This document shows, one piece after another, positions 23,926 through 37,794 of a stretch of 64,000 bases of DNA (within the stretch, counting starts at the first letter, position 1; each line of letters opens with the position of its first letter). Origin of the DNA: Takakia lepidozioides. Taxonomy: Eukaryota > Plantae > Bryophyta. The notes under the pieces are model-generated. The model was not told the DNA's origin, searched no databases, and was given only the letters and a program-made list of their open reading frames with translations. The stretch lies in the NCBI GenBank assembly GCA_030704615.1, contig CM060732.1, positions 11,532,001 through 11,596,000 on the forward strand, given 5' to 3'. A program made the position numbers and the translations under genes.

Positions 23926-26228
23926 TCAGTCTACCTCAAAGAGGTTTGCCTCTGCAAGCAAGTCCTCATTCTCATCTAAGAGGACTTCTTCCCTATCCAA
24001 AAACTCTTTCATGGAAGTACTAAAGCAACCAACTCTAGCATCATTTGGCCAATTCTTGACTACACTCACAAGCATATCAAGGTTTTCAATATTTAACGTG
24101 CACCGTCTCAAGTTTGTTATGACACCTGCAATACTAAAAACCCTCTCAGCTTCAATCTGAGATCCAACTATGCCCAAAATTAGCCGTGCCAAAAATCCCA
24201 CATACGGAAAGAGAGACTCGTGTTCTTTCCACCATTTCAAAGGAGCCACGCACTCACCCTCATTTATCTTCGTCCTTTTGAAATGTGATAGTTGTTCTCT
24301 CACCACTGTCAATGTCATGTCTTCATTGTGGTCATGCACACCAAATAAGGACATCTCGTCCATTGTGGAAGTGGGCTGTGATTGGGCCGGAGTATCCGGA
24401 TGTAAGACCTTGAAACACTTTACCAAAAGAGGCTCTAACACCATACTATCATATTGGGACACAATATGCAAAGCACGCTCTTTGCCCACATATTGTGATA
24501 CCAATGACAACCCCTTGTAACGTGGGTCAAGCATAAGCGCGAGCATATTGTGAGCTTTGCGCGATTGAAACCCCTCCAAAAAAGAAAGAAATGGTTCCAA
24601 GACATATACCACCTCTCAAGCCATCCGCCATTCCAACAATGTCAACTCTGTTGAGAAATCCCCCATGCAATGATCCACAGTTGCAGCCCCCCCAGCACTA
24701 CTTCCTCGCATGTGAATTGTTGTGGCAATGGCTGCATTAAGAGCATCGGATAACAACCAAAATCCCCCAGATTGATTCATAATGCACTCATGAACCACAG
24801 GCCCTAGAACTGTAGAAATTGATTGGGCAATGGCCCACACTTGTGGACTTGGTATGCGAGACTGCAGTGCCAATGAGGTTTGCCTAGAGTAACAAGTGAT
24901 TATAGCTTGCCTAAACTCCAAAGTCTCTTGGAAGATGATCACCTTGGAAGCAAACCGTGTCTTCACCGGAGTCTTCAGTTTGTGGGGATGAATGCCGCTG
25001 TCCACACATGCCTTTGCCCATTCTTGTCTCCCTTTGCCACTTTTTTGGTCCAAGTAATGGTTTTTTGCAACTCTGATTGGGCATTTTTTTATAGAAACCG
25101 ATCTCATATCTGTGCATACTTTTGCATCATTTGTTGCATACTGGCAACACTTGGACATTGCATGCCCAAAACAGCTACCCACAAATGGAAAATCCAACCC
25201 CAAACACGCACATGAGACCACCGAATTCAAAGCATTGGTCAAAGTGGCCAAGTTACCTCCCTCATCTTTGACGTAAGCAATAATGCGAGTATTGAGGCCA
25301 TACTTCACAAGAAGATTGTTGACTTGATGTGCCATGGCAGCCCTAGATGTGTCAGGTGTCTCAAACATGCCAAGAGTCACATGACATTGCTCCCACTGTT
25401 CATTAATAAAGTGCGCTATGATGACAAAAGTGTCAGTTCCCCCTCTTGACATCCACAAATCAAAACTCATGGAGCAAGTAGCACAACTCTGAAGAGATGG
25501 GGACATGTGGCGCTCTTTCGTCTTCTCTGCCAAGATTGGAATGGCCTCATTCACAAATGTCCGTCGAGAAGGGAAAACAATCCGAGGATTTGCCTCAACA
25601 CCATCCTTCTTAGCCAAGGGGATTCTACCAAAGACAGTGGAACCAACTCCTTTGCAATGAATAAGACTAAATCCTCATTGAACTGCTTCTGTTGATCATC
25701 ATTTTGGTTGTATGGAGTGGAGCTCCTAAAAAAAAAAACTATGTTTCCAGGAGTGGGGCCGGGCCTCTTTTTGGCTGGCCTATGGGCCTTCTCAGGTCCT
25801 TCATTTTCCCTCTCAATCCACCTACGCAAAACAATGTCATGTTCTTGATCCACATGCTTTCGAAGGGCAGAGATACCATTGGTTTTATTATAGGTCACAA
25901 TGCCCTTCTTGCTTGCAGGAGTGACACCAACATGATGACATAGAACACACCTCATTTGTTGTGGATTTGTTATGTCCACTGGAGCAGAGTCTTTTGTTGC
26001 ATAGAATGCCCATGTCGAAGCAGTGCGATTGTGGGGCTTCCAAAAATCCCGTTGTTTGTCAAGTACTGGGAGCTGCGCCTCCACATCCATGGCTTGATGA
26101 GCTGATGTAAATGAGGCTTCATGATGAGTATCCTCCGCAACATGGCACTCCACCAAAGCTCTCTCATTATCAACATTGATGTCAGGAACAACTTCCCTTT
26201 CTAGTTCATCGAAAATATTGGGCTCCAT
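23926..26228 (-). pseudogene. hAT transposase (BED zinc finger, DDE core, hATC dimerisation domain), disrupted
   Basis: MRCVLCH...LRKHVDQEH; SFDLWMSRG; YVKDEGGNL; TPVKTRF; MLDPRYK; PLKWWKEHE...QIEAERVFSIAG; frameshifts near 25600 and 25040-25090, TGA at 24616-24618. Confidence 0.9.
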
Positions 26229-27326
26229 GACATAAAAAGCTTATGGAACAACTCCTGTGTAAAAACAATGCAAACAAAGAATCCAAAAGGCATTTAATAA
26301 TTGTGCACAACTCATATATTTACAACTAAAAATGTAAACAACTAAAAAAATAAAGCTCAATGAAAGGGAGTTACAAGCGGGTAATGGTGGCTGGTTGGCA
26401 GGTCCCTCCCTACTTTGGGCTCCCTCCCTCTCATGCAAAATCTGCTATAACAGAAGCCAAAGGGCTATCTTATCAACCCCCAATTGTATCAAGAATTAAA
26501 AAAATTTAAAGAAAGGGAAGATACTTACCAGTGATGATCAATGTGGGCTGGTTGGCGGGCCCCTCTTTGCTTGTGCTCCCTCCAATGTAAAATCTACCAT
26601 AGTGGAGCAAGGGCTATCAGCCCCTTGGTATATCATCAAAGAAAACAGGTAAAAAATAAAAAATAAATAAAAAAATGATGATCAATGATTACCATGGACC
26701 AAGGGGCCTGGTTGCAGGTGGGCCCTCCTTACTCGTCCTCCTTACCTCTTGCACCACATGCCATAGCAGAAAAGGAGGAAGCTGATTAGCTTCATGGTGA
26801 ACTAAAGCTAAAAACAGTAAAATAACCAAAAGTGGTGGATGCTTACCAACGTCACTAACTCTACTTGCTACAGCATTGATATCCACTCGATTGCTTAGAT
26901 CATTCTCTTTTGAAAAGCCCTCTTCAGTAGCTGAACAACACTTGGAGACGACTGGATGACTAAATCACTGACAACCAAGACCAGGTTGACTTTCAAGTGA
27001 AGACAGCTAGAATGCAGTGCCACGTGGAGTAGCCAGAAACTATGAACGAGAGAGCCCCTGAAGGAGAGGATGGAAGAGACGGGGGGATGGCTGCTCACAT
27101 ACCTCCTCTCGCCAGTCAACATTGTTCAAGATTCCCTGACACACAGCGAAAAGAGGAACACCCTTGTATTCATAAGCACCTTATTCAGCTCCACCTGCAA
27201 CTATCCTACCATCCCACAATAGAACTTCTTGGAAATGAACAGTGCGGAGACCCCTCTAATTTGGTGCAAATCAATTCTGCCAATACAATAACCCACAGAA
27301 TGGTGAACAAAAGAAAAGGGGGTTAC

Positions 27327-28511
27327 CTCACTCGCTGCAAAACCTGGGTAAATTTCAACCCCAAGTTCCTCTGTTTTCCCTCCTAGCCACCGCACCAGCT
27401 CACTCAAGCTATTCAAAGCATAGCACATGGTTATGGAAGGCTTCAACAAGCATTGCCAAATAGCTGGCTCTCACATAGAATAATACCCCTTGCCTTTGTC
27501 TCTGTGGTTAAGCACAAGTGTTTGTTCCAATCGAGGGTTTAGGATTTACCAAGCCTCCTGGGATTTGGTGGCCCACTAAATCATGGTGGAAGACTTTAGT
27601 ATGCTAGTTTCCTGCATGCAACTGTCTTTTCCCCGTCTCTCTGTACACTTCAATACATGTTCTACATAGGAAAGTAGCAGCATAATTTCCACAAAGTTGA
27701 ATATGTGGAGAAAACAAAAACATTGCACTCAAGCCGGAGTAGGAGAGTAGAAGCTGACCTAATAACAAAGTTACTATTGTTGTTGAAGGGAGATGGGAGT
27801 GGCAGTGCACGTTTCTCAAATAACATCCAAAACTTGTCTTCCACAACTGGCACACGCAGTGGAGCCTGTGTCAAAAGATCCAATTGATATCCTTCAACCA
27901 ATCCTCATCAGTGATAATCTGCTATTATCAAATTATCATGAATGGATGTGTCTCAATTGATTAGCACTCATCAGCAATCACTCCATTTCCAGCTGAATAA
28001 CATCATGAACGGAAGACAGTCACTCCCCAAGCCATCTACCTCTCTTGCATCATCCAGTTTTCATAAGTATGGACTGAGGACATACGCCTTGATCCTTCCA
28101 ATCTGGAAAGAGCTCACTGAGTGCCCGTAGTTCAAACACATTTCCCGAAAGTATGTGTGCACCTGCCACATATACAGGAACAGTCAGGCGCCGAGGTTCT
28201 GTATAAATCTCTGTTGCACGATGAACAACATTGATCATGACAATAGACACTGAGGCAAGGAAGCAACCTACTGTCATTACGCCCCAACCAACTTGCTATC
28301 CATTATGTGCTGCAAAAGTACAAATTGGTCATCCAAAGGTAGCCTGGTTGTCATCCAGATTGTACAACTAAGCATCGTACAAGAGAGGGGCAGAGAGCTG
28401 ACCAACTTCAGCACCCTTCTCAACCACACACACAGACAAATCAGTGCCCTTCTCTATGCACAGTTGCTTTAGTCTAATTGTTGCCCCCAAACCGGCCGGG
28501 CCTGCACCCAT
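27327..28511 (-). pseudogene. ETFQO: Captured fragment (4 exons with introns) of electron-transfer flavoprotein:ubiquinone oxidoreductase
   Basis: Exons 28511-28403, 28162-28086, 27865-27759, 27408-27327 with GT-AG borders splice to GAGPAGLGATIRLKQLC...VCVVEKGAEVGAHILSGNVFE...APLRVPVVEDKFW...SPFNNNSNFVISLSELVRWLGGKTEELGVEIYPGFAASE, the FAD-binding N-terminus of ETFQO. Confidence 0.9.
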
Positions 28512-30515
28512 CGTATATGTCATTCTTATGACGAAGTTCGCACCACCTGGGGTCCAGGATTGGCGCTCAGCACAGATTACACTGAGGCTAAAGTTAAAGA
28601 ACTCGTGTTACAGCTCCGGTTGATAACTCTAAGCCCAAACACGGGAGTCTGTAACATCATGGTTATCAGGTCGGAGGTCGCTCTCCCTGGAGATAGATCA
28701 CACAAGGCCGGCCCAATCAAGGATTGCAGTATACAATATGACATAGATGTGTGAGGCAATGTGGTTATTATGTTGATCGGAAGAGAGAGTCATGAAGAGA
28801 AAGAGAAAGATTACACTTCTTGCAGCTGCCTAGTAAGGCCTCTGCCCCACCCAGTTACCAGGCGGGTAGTAGTTGCAGGTCATCAAGATGCTGCCGTCAC
28901 TGCACACTTTGTCTCGCACATCCCACCCTGGTAGTTCTGCGCCAGACGATTTGAGTGTAATGCCCACAGGCTCTGTAGTAGAAGCAAGAATTGGAGTTAA
29001 GTCAGGAGCAGATCACTGAAGTACTACACCGAGTTGTTTTAGGGTGAAGTCACCAACAAGCGAAGTCTCTGCAATGTATCATGAAGGTCTTAAATTGAAC
29101 AACACAGGTTAGCAAGAGGAGCATTGCACTACATGTCCATCGAGTCAAACTCAGATCCGAAGTGAAAGGAATCACCGGTTGGGGCTCCAAGCGAAAACAT
29201 GTGAAATGAAACTTTCATGCTGTGAAATGTTGGGACAAAATGGGTCAGGGAGTAGTAGAATGATGGAGTTCACAAATGTGAGTACCCTTGCCACAAAAAT
29301 TGTAGATGTGTTTTGTGATATGGAAGAAGCAATCCTGGCAGATATCATTTGTTCAACAGAGAATCAAACGGGCATCAATGAAGAGTGCCCACCTCGATTA
29401 CAAGCTCCTGTGCAAATCCCAAGGTCATCTACGGGTGTGCATTTAGAACAAGACACAAATCAAGAGGACATTGAGTATCAGCCATCAAGAGTGCGACTAC
29501 CCTGCGGCCTACGGATTTGATTGTGACACAGCCAAACCACTAGAGGAACTGGCAGATATGGTGTTGATTGATGAATTGACTATATCACAGTGGAGAAGCA
29601 GTCCTCAGGCCAAGGAGTCAAGGCATCATAGTGAACACCAAACGAAAAGATTTGACAAAGAAGGCAGGGTTGAGGAAAAGGTCTTTTTGCATGATCCAAC
29701 CATAAAGGGGAGTATGTCCCATGAAGAATCTAAGCAAGGACAAGGAAGCCAGGATGGCAACAGGGAGCTGGAAAATCAAATAGGGAAAGATGTTTCATGT
29801 GAGCCAAAGCTTGTGAACCCTGCTGGCTGCACAAGAGTTGATGATCATTATTCCAAGGAAGGGGACAAATGGGCAGCAATTACAGATCTGTACCCTCCCA
29901 CCAAGCTACCTGAGGGTAGTACCAAGCAACAGAGACATGCCGGAGGGATTCTCAGATTGCAAGAGCCATTTGGAAGGAGAATTGGATCAATGTAATGAGC
30001 ACCTGGAATAGTCGTACCATTTCCCCTCATTCACCCATTCATTCGCGGCGTCCGAAGGCTGCCAACTCTTGCCTGATCCCTAGAAAATGTTTTCTCCGTA
30101 TGGCCCTCCCGAGTGCTGGAGTTGGCAATCGCCATACTCTCGTCTTTCAACGGCCCACCAGTGTGCGTAACCTGCGAGACGGTCGTCCCACTGTGGGGGC
30201 CGGATGCCAATCCGAGCTCGGGCCGCGTTCTGGGGACGTAGAGACGTAGAGACACTTAGGGCTGCAGCCCACGAGTGGAACTGGAACCCTAAACCCCAAA
30301 CCCGGTTCCCACACATGTGGTCGTAGCTGGAACCGCCGCTTCCGGTTCTGCACAGGGCGGGTCGGTTCCACATAACCGGAACCGGCGGTTACCCGGGCCC
30401 AGGCGGGTAACCGCCCAACACTGGTCTCCTCTACTCTCAAATTCCTCGGCAAGCTAGAGGTGGTCATAAAGCTTGCCCAGACACATTACAGATCATTTGT
30501 CTTATGAAGGAATTG

Positions 30516-30543
30516 AAAAAAAAAAAAAAAAAAAAAAAAAAAA
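30516..30543 (+). repeat. Poly(A) tract
   Basis: About 28 consecutive A; no TSD identified. Confidence 0.8.
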
Positions 30544-30664
30544 CTTTTCAAATGCTTTGCATAGTGCCAAAAGGTTATTCTTAGGTTATTGGAGCTAATT
30601 GAATGGACCCGCAAAGTTTGGAATCCTATTAACTGGCGAAACGTAACCTAGCTGAGTTGCTTAA

Positions 30665-31458
30665 CCCTTAAGTTCCCAAGCGACCTGAATCGGGTCACTT
30701 TGAATTTGCAATTCGACCTAATTTTTGCAGATCTAATCTGATGGGCCCACTCCTGAAGCTTTAATGACAAGGGATTTGTCTTGTGTATGATGAAAAAAAC
30801 AAAAAATTTTTAAAAAAAAAGCTACGCCCTACAAAAAATATCTTAGATCTCTCATTTACGATGTGGGGCCTGAAAAGGGCTCGTTGACCGCTGACGTGGC
30901 AGGTAAACAAGCCCAAAACAGATTGCACTCCAAAGGCCATTTTTGGCATAAAATTAGCAATTTTGGAAAAAGCACTTCACCTTGTGGTGTGTGAGCATTA
31001 CATACACACATCCACCATTGGCTTTTAAATTTTTTGTAGAAAAAGTACTTCATTTGGAGGCACATTTTCTCTTGTCAATTTTGAAATTTCAACCCCGATG
31101 TAATTGCATGCATAGCAACCATATGTGAACAATCCAATTGGACCTGCGATTTAGTGGGATCATAGCCACTGCACTATTGATTTGGAAATGGTGGGTCTTG
31201 GAACAAGTAAAATTGGATAAAACTGGATTTTGATTTGGTCAAACCAATTTCTTTCTCACTTTTATTGTGGAACTTGATATTTGAGTCCCAGGCCAATGCT
31301 ATAATCTCACAATTTCCGCGGAGGACTTGGCTCATTTATGAGCTGGGCCCATTGCTACAAGGCTGGAACCTCTGGATGATTTTTGGTAAGTTTCTAGGGG
31401 CAATTTACTGATACCCAAAATTGCTAAAATGTCAAAAAATGCCTTGGGAACTTAAGTG
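30665..31458. mobile_element. Non-autonomous piggyBac-type element (~794 bp)
   Basis: TTAA at 30661-30664 and 31459-31462; 16-bp TIR CCCTTAAGTTCCCAAG / CTTGGGAACTTAAGTG (15/16); subterminal CGACCTGAATCGGGTC matches the end of the large piggyBac (15786-15803, reverse complement). Confidence 0.85.
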
Positions 31459-31499
31459 TTAAAGCAAAGGAAGATAACCTGTGTCGTAAGGCAGGTGTC

Positions 31500-34000
31500 A
31501 ACTGGTCCCTACGTGGGTAAGATGAATCTTTGTTTTTTTCTCAAGGCCAAGCGGCCACCACGATAAGCTCGCTTAAGATGTTCAAGACGTTTCTCTTATG
31601 AAGCGAGATGGCGGCACTTGCAACCTCTCATTTCTCTTATCTTTTCTACAAGAGGCCTTCTGCTCGACATCTTACATCTACACAAGACGGTTGGGCTTGT
31701 TTCCCTGTCATCTCTTCTGTAGAGCTTGCGAATCTCTCAGCATATTTCTCGTCGATGGAATTGGAAGATGCTATGTCCAAACTTAGTTCATTTAAATCCT
31801 CCGTCTAGATGGACTACCCCTTAAATTTTTCAATGGAATCTGGTTAGAAATCAGTGATGACTTTGTTCATTGACAGAAAACATCCTCACGAAAGGAATTA
31901 TGCCTTCTCAGCTTTCTAAAAGTGTCATCGCGCTCATTCACAAAAAAGGTGATAATGATGCCTTATCAAATTACAGACCTATTTACTCTTCTTAATTCTA
32001 GTACAAAATCATTGCCAAGGCCTTGGCATCCAGACTCCAGCCCCTGCTCAGAAAAATTGATCAGACCTGAGCAAACTAGCTTTGAGTGGGGGGTCTCCCT
32101 CTTCTCTCCTTCCAACCCCAAGATAAGAGCGACTTGACGTCTGAAAAGAAACCCGACTCTTGTGCGAATTTCGGATGTCTAGGCCAACGCAAAGCAGGGG
32201 GTGAGGGCAAAGACAACAAGAAATCGGAGGACAAGCATCCAAGAATGAGTTGCAATTGACCCTCAGTACAATGCTGCTCAACAAAGGCACCGATGTGTAA
32301 GTATGGCTACGGCCTCTTTATGCTCTGCGGCAGGGGGTGGTGGCACACAAGGTGCTCGCTCCTTGCGGAGCCATAGAAGTTGCGATCTCTCCCCTTGCTT
32401 GCAATCCCACATGCACAAGTTAGAGTGGCATGCAATTAGAACCCAAACATAAACACAGAGCGGCTAACTAACACCATGAGAACGACATATTAACATCTCG
32501 CGCACCTCGCACACACACCAAACCGACAAGTTAATAGCCTAACACCATTGAAGCAGCGCAATGCCCAAGCAGAAGATGAATGCGCTTCATGAACTCGACA
32601 TGAAGCCTGAGCTGCCAGCAAATGGAAGAAGATACATTCACAAGCCGAGAGAACAGCGGGTGTGGCAATGCAGTCGATGAAGGTTAAAGGGAGCGGAAGT
32701 ACCGATCCTAGGCAAGGAGTCATAGTACAGTAATGCTCAAGGGTCCAACTCAACCGGGAGGACAAAGGTAGAACACTGTGCTCCACGAGGAGCTTAGACT
32801 GCACAAACGAGATGGCGGGAAAGAGGGATGCCCCGGGTGGCTTTGGACGTCCTGGCGGGCGGACATGGCGGGCCCCTGACCACCCCACACACCCCTGCTG
32901 GCAGCCCTGCATGGTACTCGCATTTCCAGCCAATTCTGAGGACGCCACGTTGCTGTCAACCGGCGTGGCGTCCTTCTGGCCATGCGATTTCTGAACCCCT
33001 GCATACCAAAAAAGATTCTGGGCGGCGCATTTACTCAATCCGCATGGTGTAAAACGCGTTGGGAAGCTCTCTTGAAGCGCCACATTTCATCTTCAGGGTG
33101 CTTCTTCATCCCAGTTCATCTGCAGTAGTTGGTGGGCCCCGAAAAATCTCAAGCCGCCCGATTCCAGTCGCTTGAGCATTTAGGGGTTAAAGATCGCATG
33201 ATTCTTGATAACATTTTGTTGGCCAATGAGGCTTTACATTTTGCCTACGAATCCATCCAGGCTTTGGCTCTTCTTATGTTGGACTTCAAGAAAGCCTTTG
33301 ATAATATAAATTGGGAGCACTTGCTATGTGTGATTCAAAAAAGTGGGGTAACTTCCTCTCTTGGATTCGAATCCTTCTACACTCTGGTTCCTGCAAGGTC
33401 ATAGTTAAAGATGCCCCTCTTCCTTCCCTCTCTTCCGTTCCGTCAGGCAGGGTTGCCCACTGTCCCTTTTTTTGTTCTTTATTGCTGCCGGTGGCTTTGG
33501 CCACCTCCTTCAAAGGCACCCAGACATCATAAGTTATGTCTCAAGATCCCTCATTCTATTACCCCTAACTACAGTATTAAATCTTCACTTTATGCAGATG
33601 ATACTGTCATGCTTATGGACAACAACTCTTTCACAAATGTGGAAACGTATCTTACAAGCTCTATCCTCTTTTTGTGATGCCATTGGGTTAAATATAAACT
33701 GGAGAAAATTTACACTCTCATTTAGAAGACCCCATGTGTGGCAGCCCACTGCCTTCAATGGGGGAATGATCTTGGTCTTCGGTGGCTGCAAGACGGGCAC
33801 TCCCATGTGCTATTTGGCCATCATGTTGGTCACGACCTCGATGATCAACATAGAAGTGAAGCTGTTTTGATTAAGCTCACAAGGAAACTATCTTACTAGA
33901 GCTCAGTTCATCTTTCTATTGGAGGCAAATTAGCTTTGGTGGTCAATTAGATTTTGTTGACTTCTTGTTGGTTCATCTCCTGGGTCTGGTCATGCTTCTG
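31500..34000 (+). pseudogene. Degenerate non-LTR (L1-like) reverse transcriptase, interrupted at 32085-33186
   Basis: ELEDAMSKL, LIRPEQTSF / VKDRMILDNILLANE, LMLDFKKAFDNINWEHL, SLYADDT, GLNINWRK; many stops and frameshifts. Confidence 0.8.
32085..33186 (-). mobile_element. Truncated piggyBac-family fragment (one terminus plus accessory-ORF remnant)
   Basis: Ends in GAGCATTTAGGGG + TTAA (33187-33190); reverse complement CCCCTAAATGCTCAAGCGACTGGAATCGGG resembles the other piggyBac ends; removing it restores the LINE frame TSF-VKDR; other end missing. Confidence 0.75.
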
Positions 34001-34078
34001 CCAGTCAAGGATCTACCATCCCAGGTTTCTAGTTTCTGGTATGAGTCAGTCCGCGGTACCATGCTGCTTCCCTTCTGA

Positions 34079-34466
34079 AGGCAGGTTCACATGGCAAAAA
34101 TCCGTCCGTCCCATCTAGCCATAGTGGTGGGCCCTCCACACGTGTGGAGGGGACGGACGGGACGGACGGTGCAACATGTTCACACGCAATAGTACACACG
34201 TGACGCAACATATAAGTTTAGCAAGAGAAGCTCTCATAAAGAGCCCTCCGGCTAAACCCTACACACATGTTTTAGCCATGATAGCCAGGAGAAGGAATGA
34301 GGGATGGGACAGACAGCGACGGACAGCGGGAAGTACCTACAGTGGCCAGGCCGTCCGTTCCCTTCCTCCCCATCGCGTTCCTCAAGGGTGGACCCCGGCC
34401 CTCCACACCCGCTGCAGCCGCCACGTCCGGATGGGACGGACGGATTTTTGCCGTGTGAACCTGCCT
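34079..34466. mobile_element. PIF/Harbinger (Tourist-like) MITE
   Basis: ~37-bp TIR AGGCAGGTTCACA(T/C)GGCAAAAATCCGTCCGTCCCATC; 3-bp TSD TGA (34076-34078, 34467-34469). Confidence 0.85.
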
Positions 34467-34809
34467 TGAGCAAAATCTGGTCATCTGGAATTCACACTCC
34501 GTTGTATGTCATTTAACTCTCCCTGAATGGATCCTGCCTCAGACATAAGTGGCTAACAAAGACAACCCATACTTAAGGAGCTACTGGTATACACTGGATC
34601 CTATGCTGAATTGGTTGCAAGATTGAGGAAAAGAAGTCGCTGTGGGAGAAGGACAGGGACGACACATTTCCGTAGAAGAATATGACAATCTAGTTACAGG
34701 GCATTGAGTGTTGCAAACATTTGCATCATCACCCTCATAGCTTGTATAATCCTCTAGTTTGAAAAAAAAGTGATAATTTCCCATTTGAAACAACTGCATG
34801 CTGCTTATG

Positions 34810-37094
34810 TCACCAGTAAATCCTCAACAAGAACAAACCCCATCTTGGAAGTGGTGGAAGCAGTTGGCATCCCGTACAACAACTACTCGCCCAACATCTT
34901 CGAGATGAACTTGATAGCTGAGTGACAGTCTCCACACCCCCGGAGGTTCTTGATGATGCGGATGAGCGTCCCTGGGGGTGTGCTGATGAGCCCAAAAGCT
35001 ATGGCCAGTTTCTCACTATGGTGGGAGAGAGAAATTTTCTTATGGTCCTCCTCCTCATCACGCAACCACCAAATGCGTGTCAGGGACATAGCCAGCCTCC
35101 TTCAGTTGGCCAGACAATATCTCCAGTTCCAGCATGGATTTCCTCAATTTGTGGATGTAATTTATCTTCAGCAATGAATGTATAAACCTGGTTGTCCACC
35201 TCAATGCTGCTGCACCCTGGCTCCTTTCTGACACTCTGTCCTCCATCATTCTTTTCACCTTGCTGTATCCTCCCACCTGCCTCCTGCAGCATAGATGTTC
35301 GATAGCAGCACATATGTTGCAGTATCCTGTGGATCCAACTTGAGAAGGCACTGTGCTGCATGTTCTGCCACCTCCACATCAGTATGAATGTTGCAGGCAC
35401 CAAGCAAAGCCCCCCACACCGTAGCACCTACTTCGATTGGCATTTTGTTTTATTAAATCCTGCGCCTCTTCCAGTCGTCCTGCACGGCCAAGAAGGTTGA
35501 CCATGCAGCTATAGTGCTCCACTGTGGGAGTAAGGCCATAATCTCGGTTGATTGAATAAAAGAAGTGACAGCCTTCATCCACCAGGCCCACATTGTTACA
35601 GGCAGAGAGAATGTAAAGGTGACGCTGTTTGGCTTGAAGCCTTCCCAGTTGCATTTGTTCAAATAGGTGTAGGGCCTCCATACCACGCCCATGTTGAGCA
35701 TAACCTGCAATCAACACATTCCACGAGACCACATCACGTTTCGCCATTTTGTCAAACACGTTCCGTGCATCCTTCATGCTCCCGCATTTGGCATACATAT
35801 TAACAAGGGTATTCTCCAGAATAATATCTGGCACAATTCTGCTTTTGTCAATGTCAGCGTGTACCTGTTTGCCTTTCCCCAGGGCAGCCAGGATGGCGCA
35901 CAAAGCGTTGAGAACCAAGTCAATGTCACCCTGTCAGGCATCACCCCCTTCCAGTTGCATTTGTTCATATCTGCAAAGCCTCCCTACCACACCCATGCTG
36001 AGTATATCCTGCCATCATCGCACTCCATGAGATCACATTTTGTTTTTCCATATTTCCAAACACTTGAAACTGCATCCTCATGTTCCCACATTTTGCAACA
36101 TGTTGACAAGGGCAGTCTCTAAAATGATATCCGGCACAATTCCAGCTTTTATGATGTCAGCATTACCTGTCCCCCTTTTTTCCCTTTTCCACATCCGCAA
36201 GAATCGCACAAGCATTGAGAATACAAACAAACGTGACCCTGGTGGGCATCAGCCCATCCTGTATCATTTGCTCATAGGTTATGAAAGCCTCCCTACCACA
36301 CCCATGCTGGGCATATCCTGCAATCAACGCACTCCATGCAACCGCATCTCTTTTAGCCATATTATCAAATACTTGCCGTGCATCCTTCATGCTCCTACAT
36401 TTGGCATACATGTCGACAGTTGCAGTCTCCAAAATGATGTCTGGAGCAATTCCGGCTTTTATGATGTCAGCATGGACCTCTCTTCCTTTTTCCAGAGTTC
36501 CTAGGCTGGCACACGCCTTGAGAACGCAGATGAATGTGACCCTGTTGGGTGTCACCCATTCCTGTACCATCTGCTCATAGAGCTTCACAGCTCGCTACCA
36601 CACCCCTGCTTCACATATCCTGCCAACATTGTAGTCCATGTAAACACATCACGTGCAGGCATATTGTCAAACACTTGGCGTGCATCAACTACGCTCCCGC
36701 ACTTGGCATACATGTTGACAAGAGTGTTGAGTAGAATGATTTTCGGCTTGAATCCATTTTGGATCATGTGAGCGTGCACCTGCTTCCCCTCTGTTAAGCC
36801 TTTCATGTTGATGCACTCCTGTAAGAGAAAGCAATAAGTATTGGAATCTGCCACAACGCCTTGTTGGTTTAAAATGTGCAGAGCGTCTTTCGTTTGTCCT
36901 GCCTTCCATAATGTCCTCACATCCCCACATGTGACAGAAGAGTTCTTGGTGACTCCCTCTCTTGATCGCCACTCAATGGCAGTACTCCTGGTGGAGATGC
37001 CTGATCCAAACCCTGCCATCCTGCGTGACTCTTTGGTTACAAACCTTTTCACACACACAGATTTCTCTCTTCGTTTGTAGTTCTTTTTCTCCAA
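34810..37094 (-). pseudogene. PLS-class PPR protein with E and DYW deaminase domains (organellar RNA-editing factor), multiply frameshifted
   Basis: Repeated LVNMYAKCGS..DARQVFDNM..RDV..W..LIAGYAQHG; HYSCMVNLLGRAG; WGALLGACNIH; KEPGCSSIEV; [12 protein letters not shown]...NLRGCGDCH; FHHFQDGVCSC; at least 6 frame changes. Confidence 0.93.
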
Positions 37095-37794
37095 TCAAAC
37101 TCCCGTAACATGCGTTGACCCTCCTACATAATTTATATATATCTTCATGAGGACATGCTCCTTGCACACATAGCAGGGTTGCAGAGCTACATCTACATTC
37201 TTTCAGTTGGGACCCTTCAATCATCACCCTCTTATATTATGGGATACAAATTCTGCTTGACCTGCATCATGGCAGATAGCTCTGCTTTCACCCAAGCAGG
37301 GTTCAATCCAAAGGCCTCAATTTGCACGCTAAGATTTGGAGTCTTGTGATCTTAGATTTCTCTCTGAAAGTGACCACTAGGCAGCTGAGTAAATACGCTT
37401 CAGAAACGGCGTCCCCCTGACCAAGTAAAGCTTCACACATATGCCAAATGACAGAACAGCCTTGAACCACCTACTTTCTGAACAGCCGACAAATAGCAAC
37501 AGTAGAACTGCTTTTGCTGTATTTGTGCACTAAACAGAAAGCTGTCACTAATTTCATAAAACAGTCCATAAAATGTTGTCATGCTAACATCAGTCACAAG
37601 CGCTAGTTGATAGACACTTTAAAGTCCTAATTCAAGACAGGTTGTCCCCTCACAGCAAAGGATCTGAGAAGAGACCCATCTGGGTTCATTTCCCCTTTCC
37701 CTTTCCTTTGCCTCTCCCCTCATTTGCAGGTCCTTTTTTGTCTTTCGAAATAATGTTCTGTGCCAGTGTACTTATCAGACAAAAATAAAAATTT

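Larger units (their letters stand above)
23192..30423 (-). mobile_element. Complete hAT element (7.2 kb) with captured host-gene fragment
   Basis: 15-bp perfect TIR CAGTGTTGGGCGGTT / AACCGCCCAACACTG; 8-bp TSD GTCTCCTC (23184-23191, 30424-30431); subterminal CCGGTT/CGGTTC repeats at both ends. Confidence 0.95.

Noticed and set aside
29179-29995. Two ORFs inside the hAT element
   Set aside because: No recognisable motifs; left as unassigned captured DNA
22800-30543. Poly(A)-tailed retroposon into which the hAT inserted
   Set aside because: No TSD or coding evidence beyond the A tract
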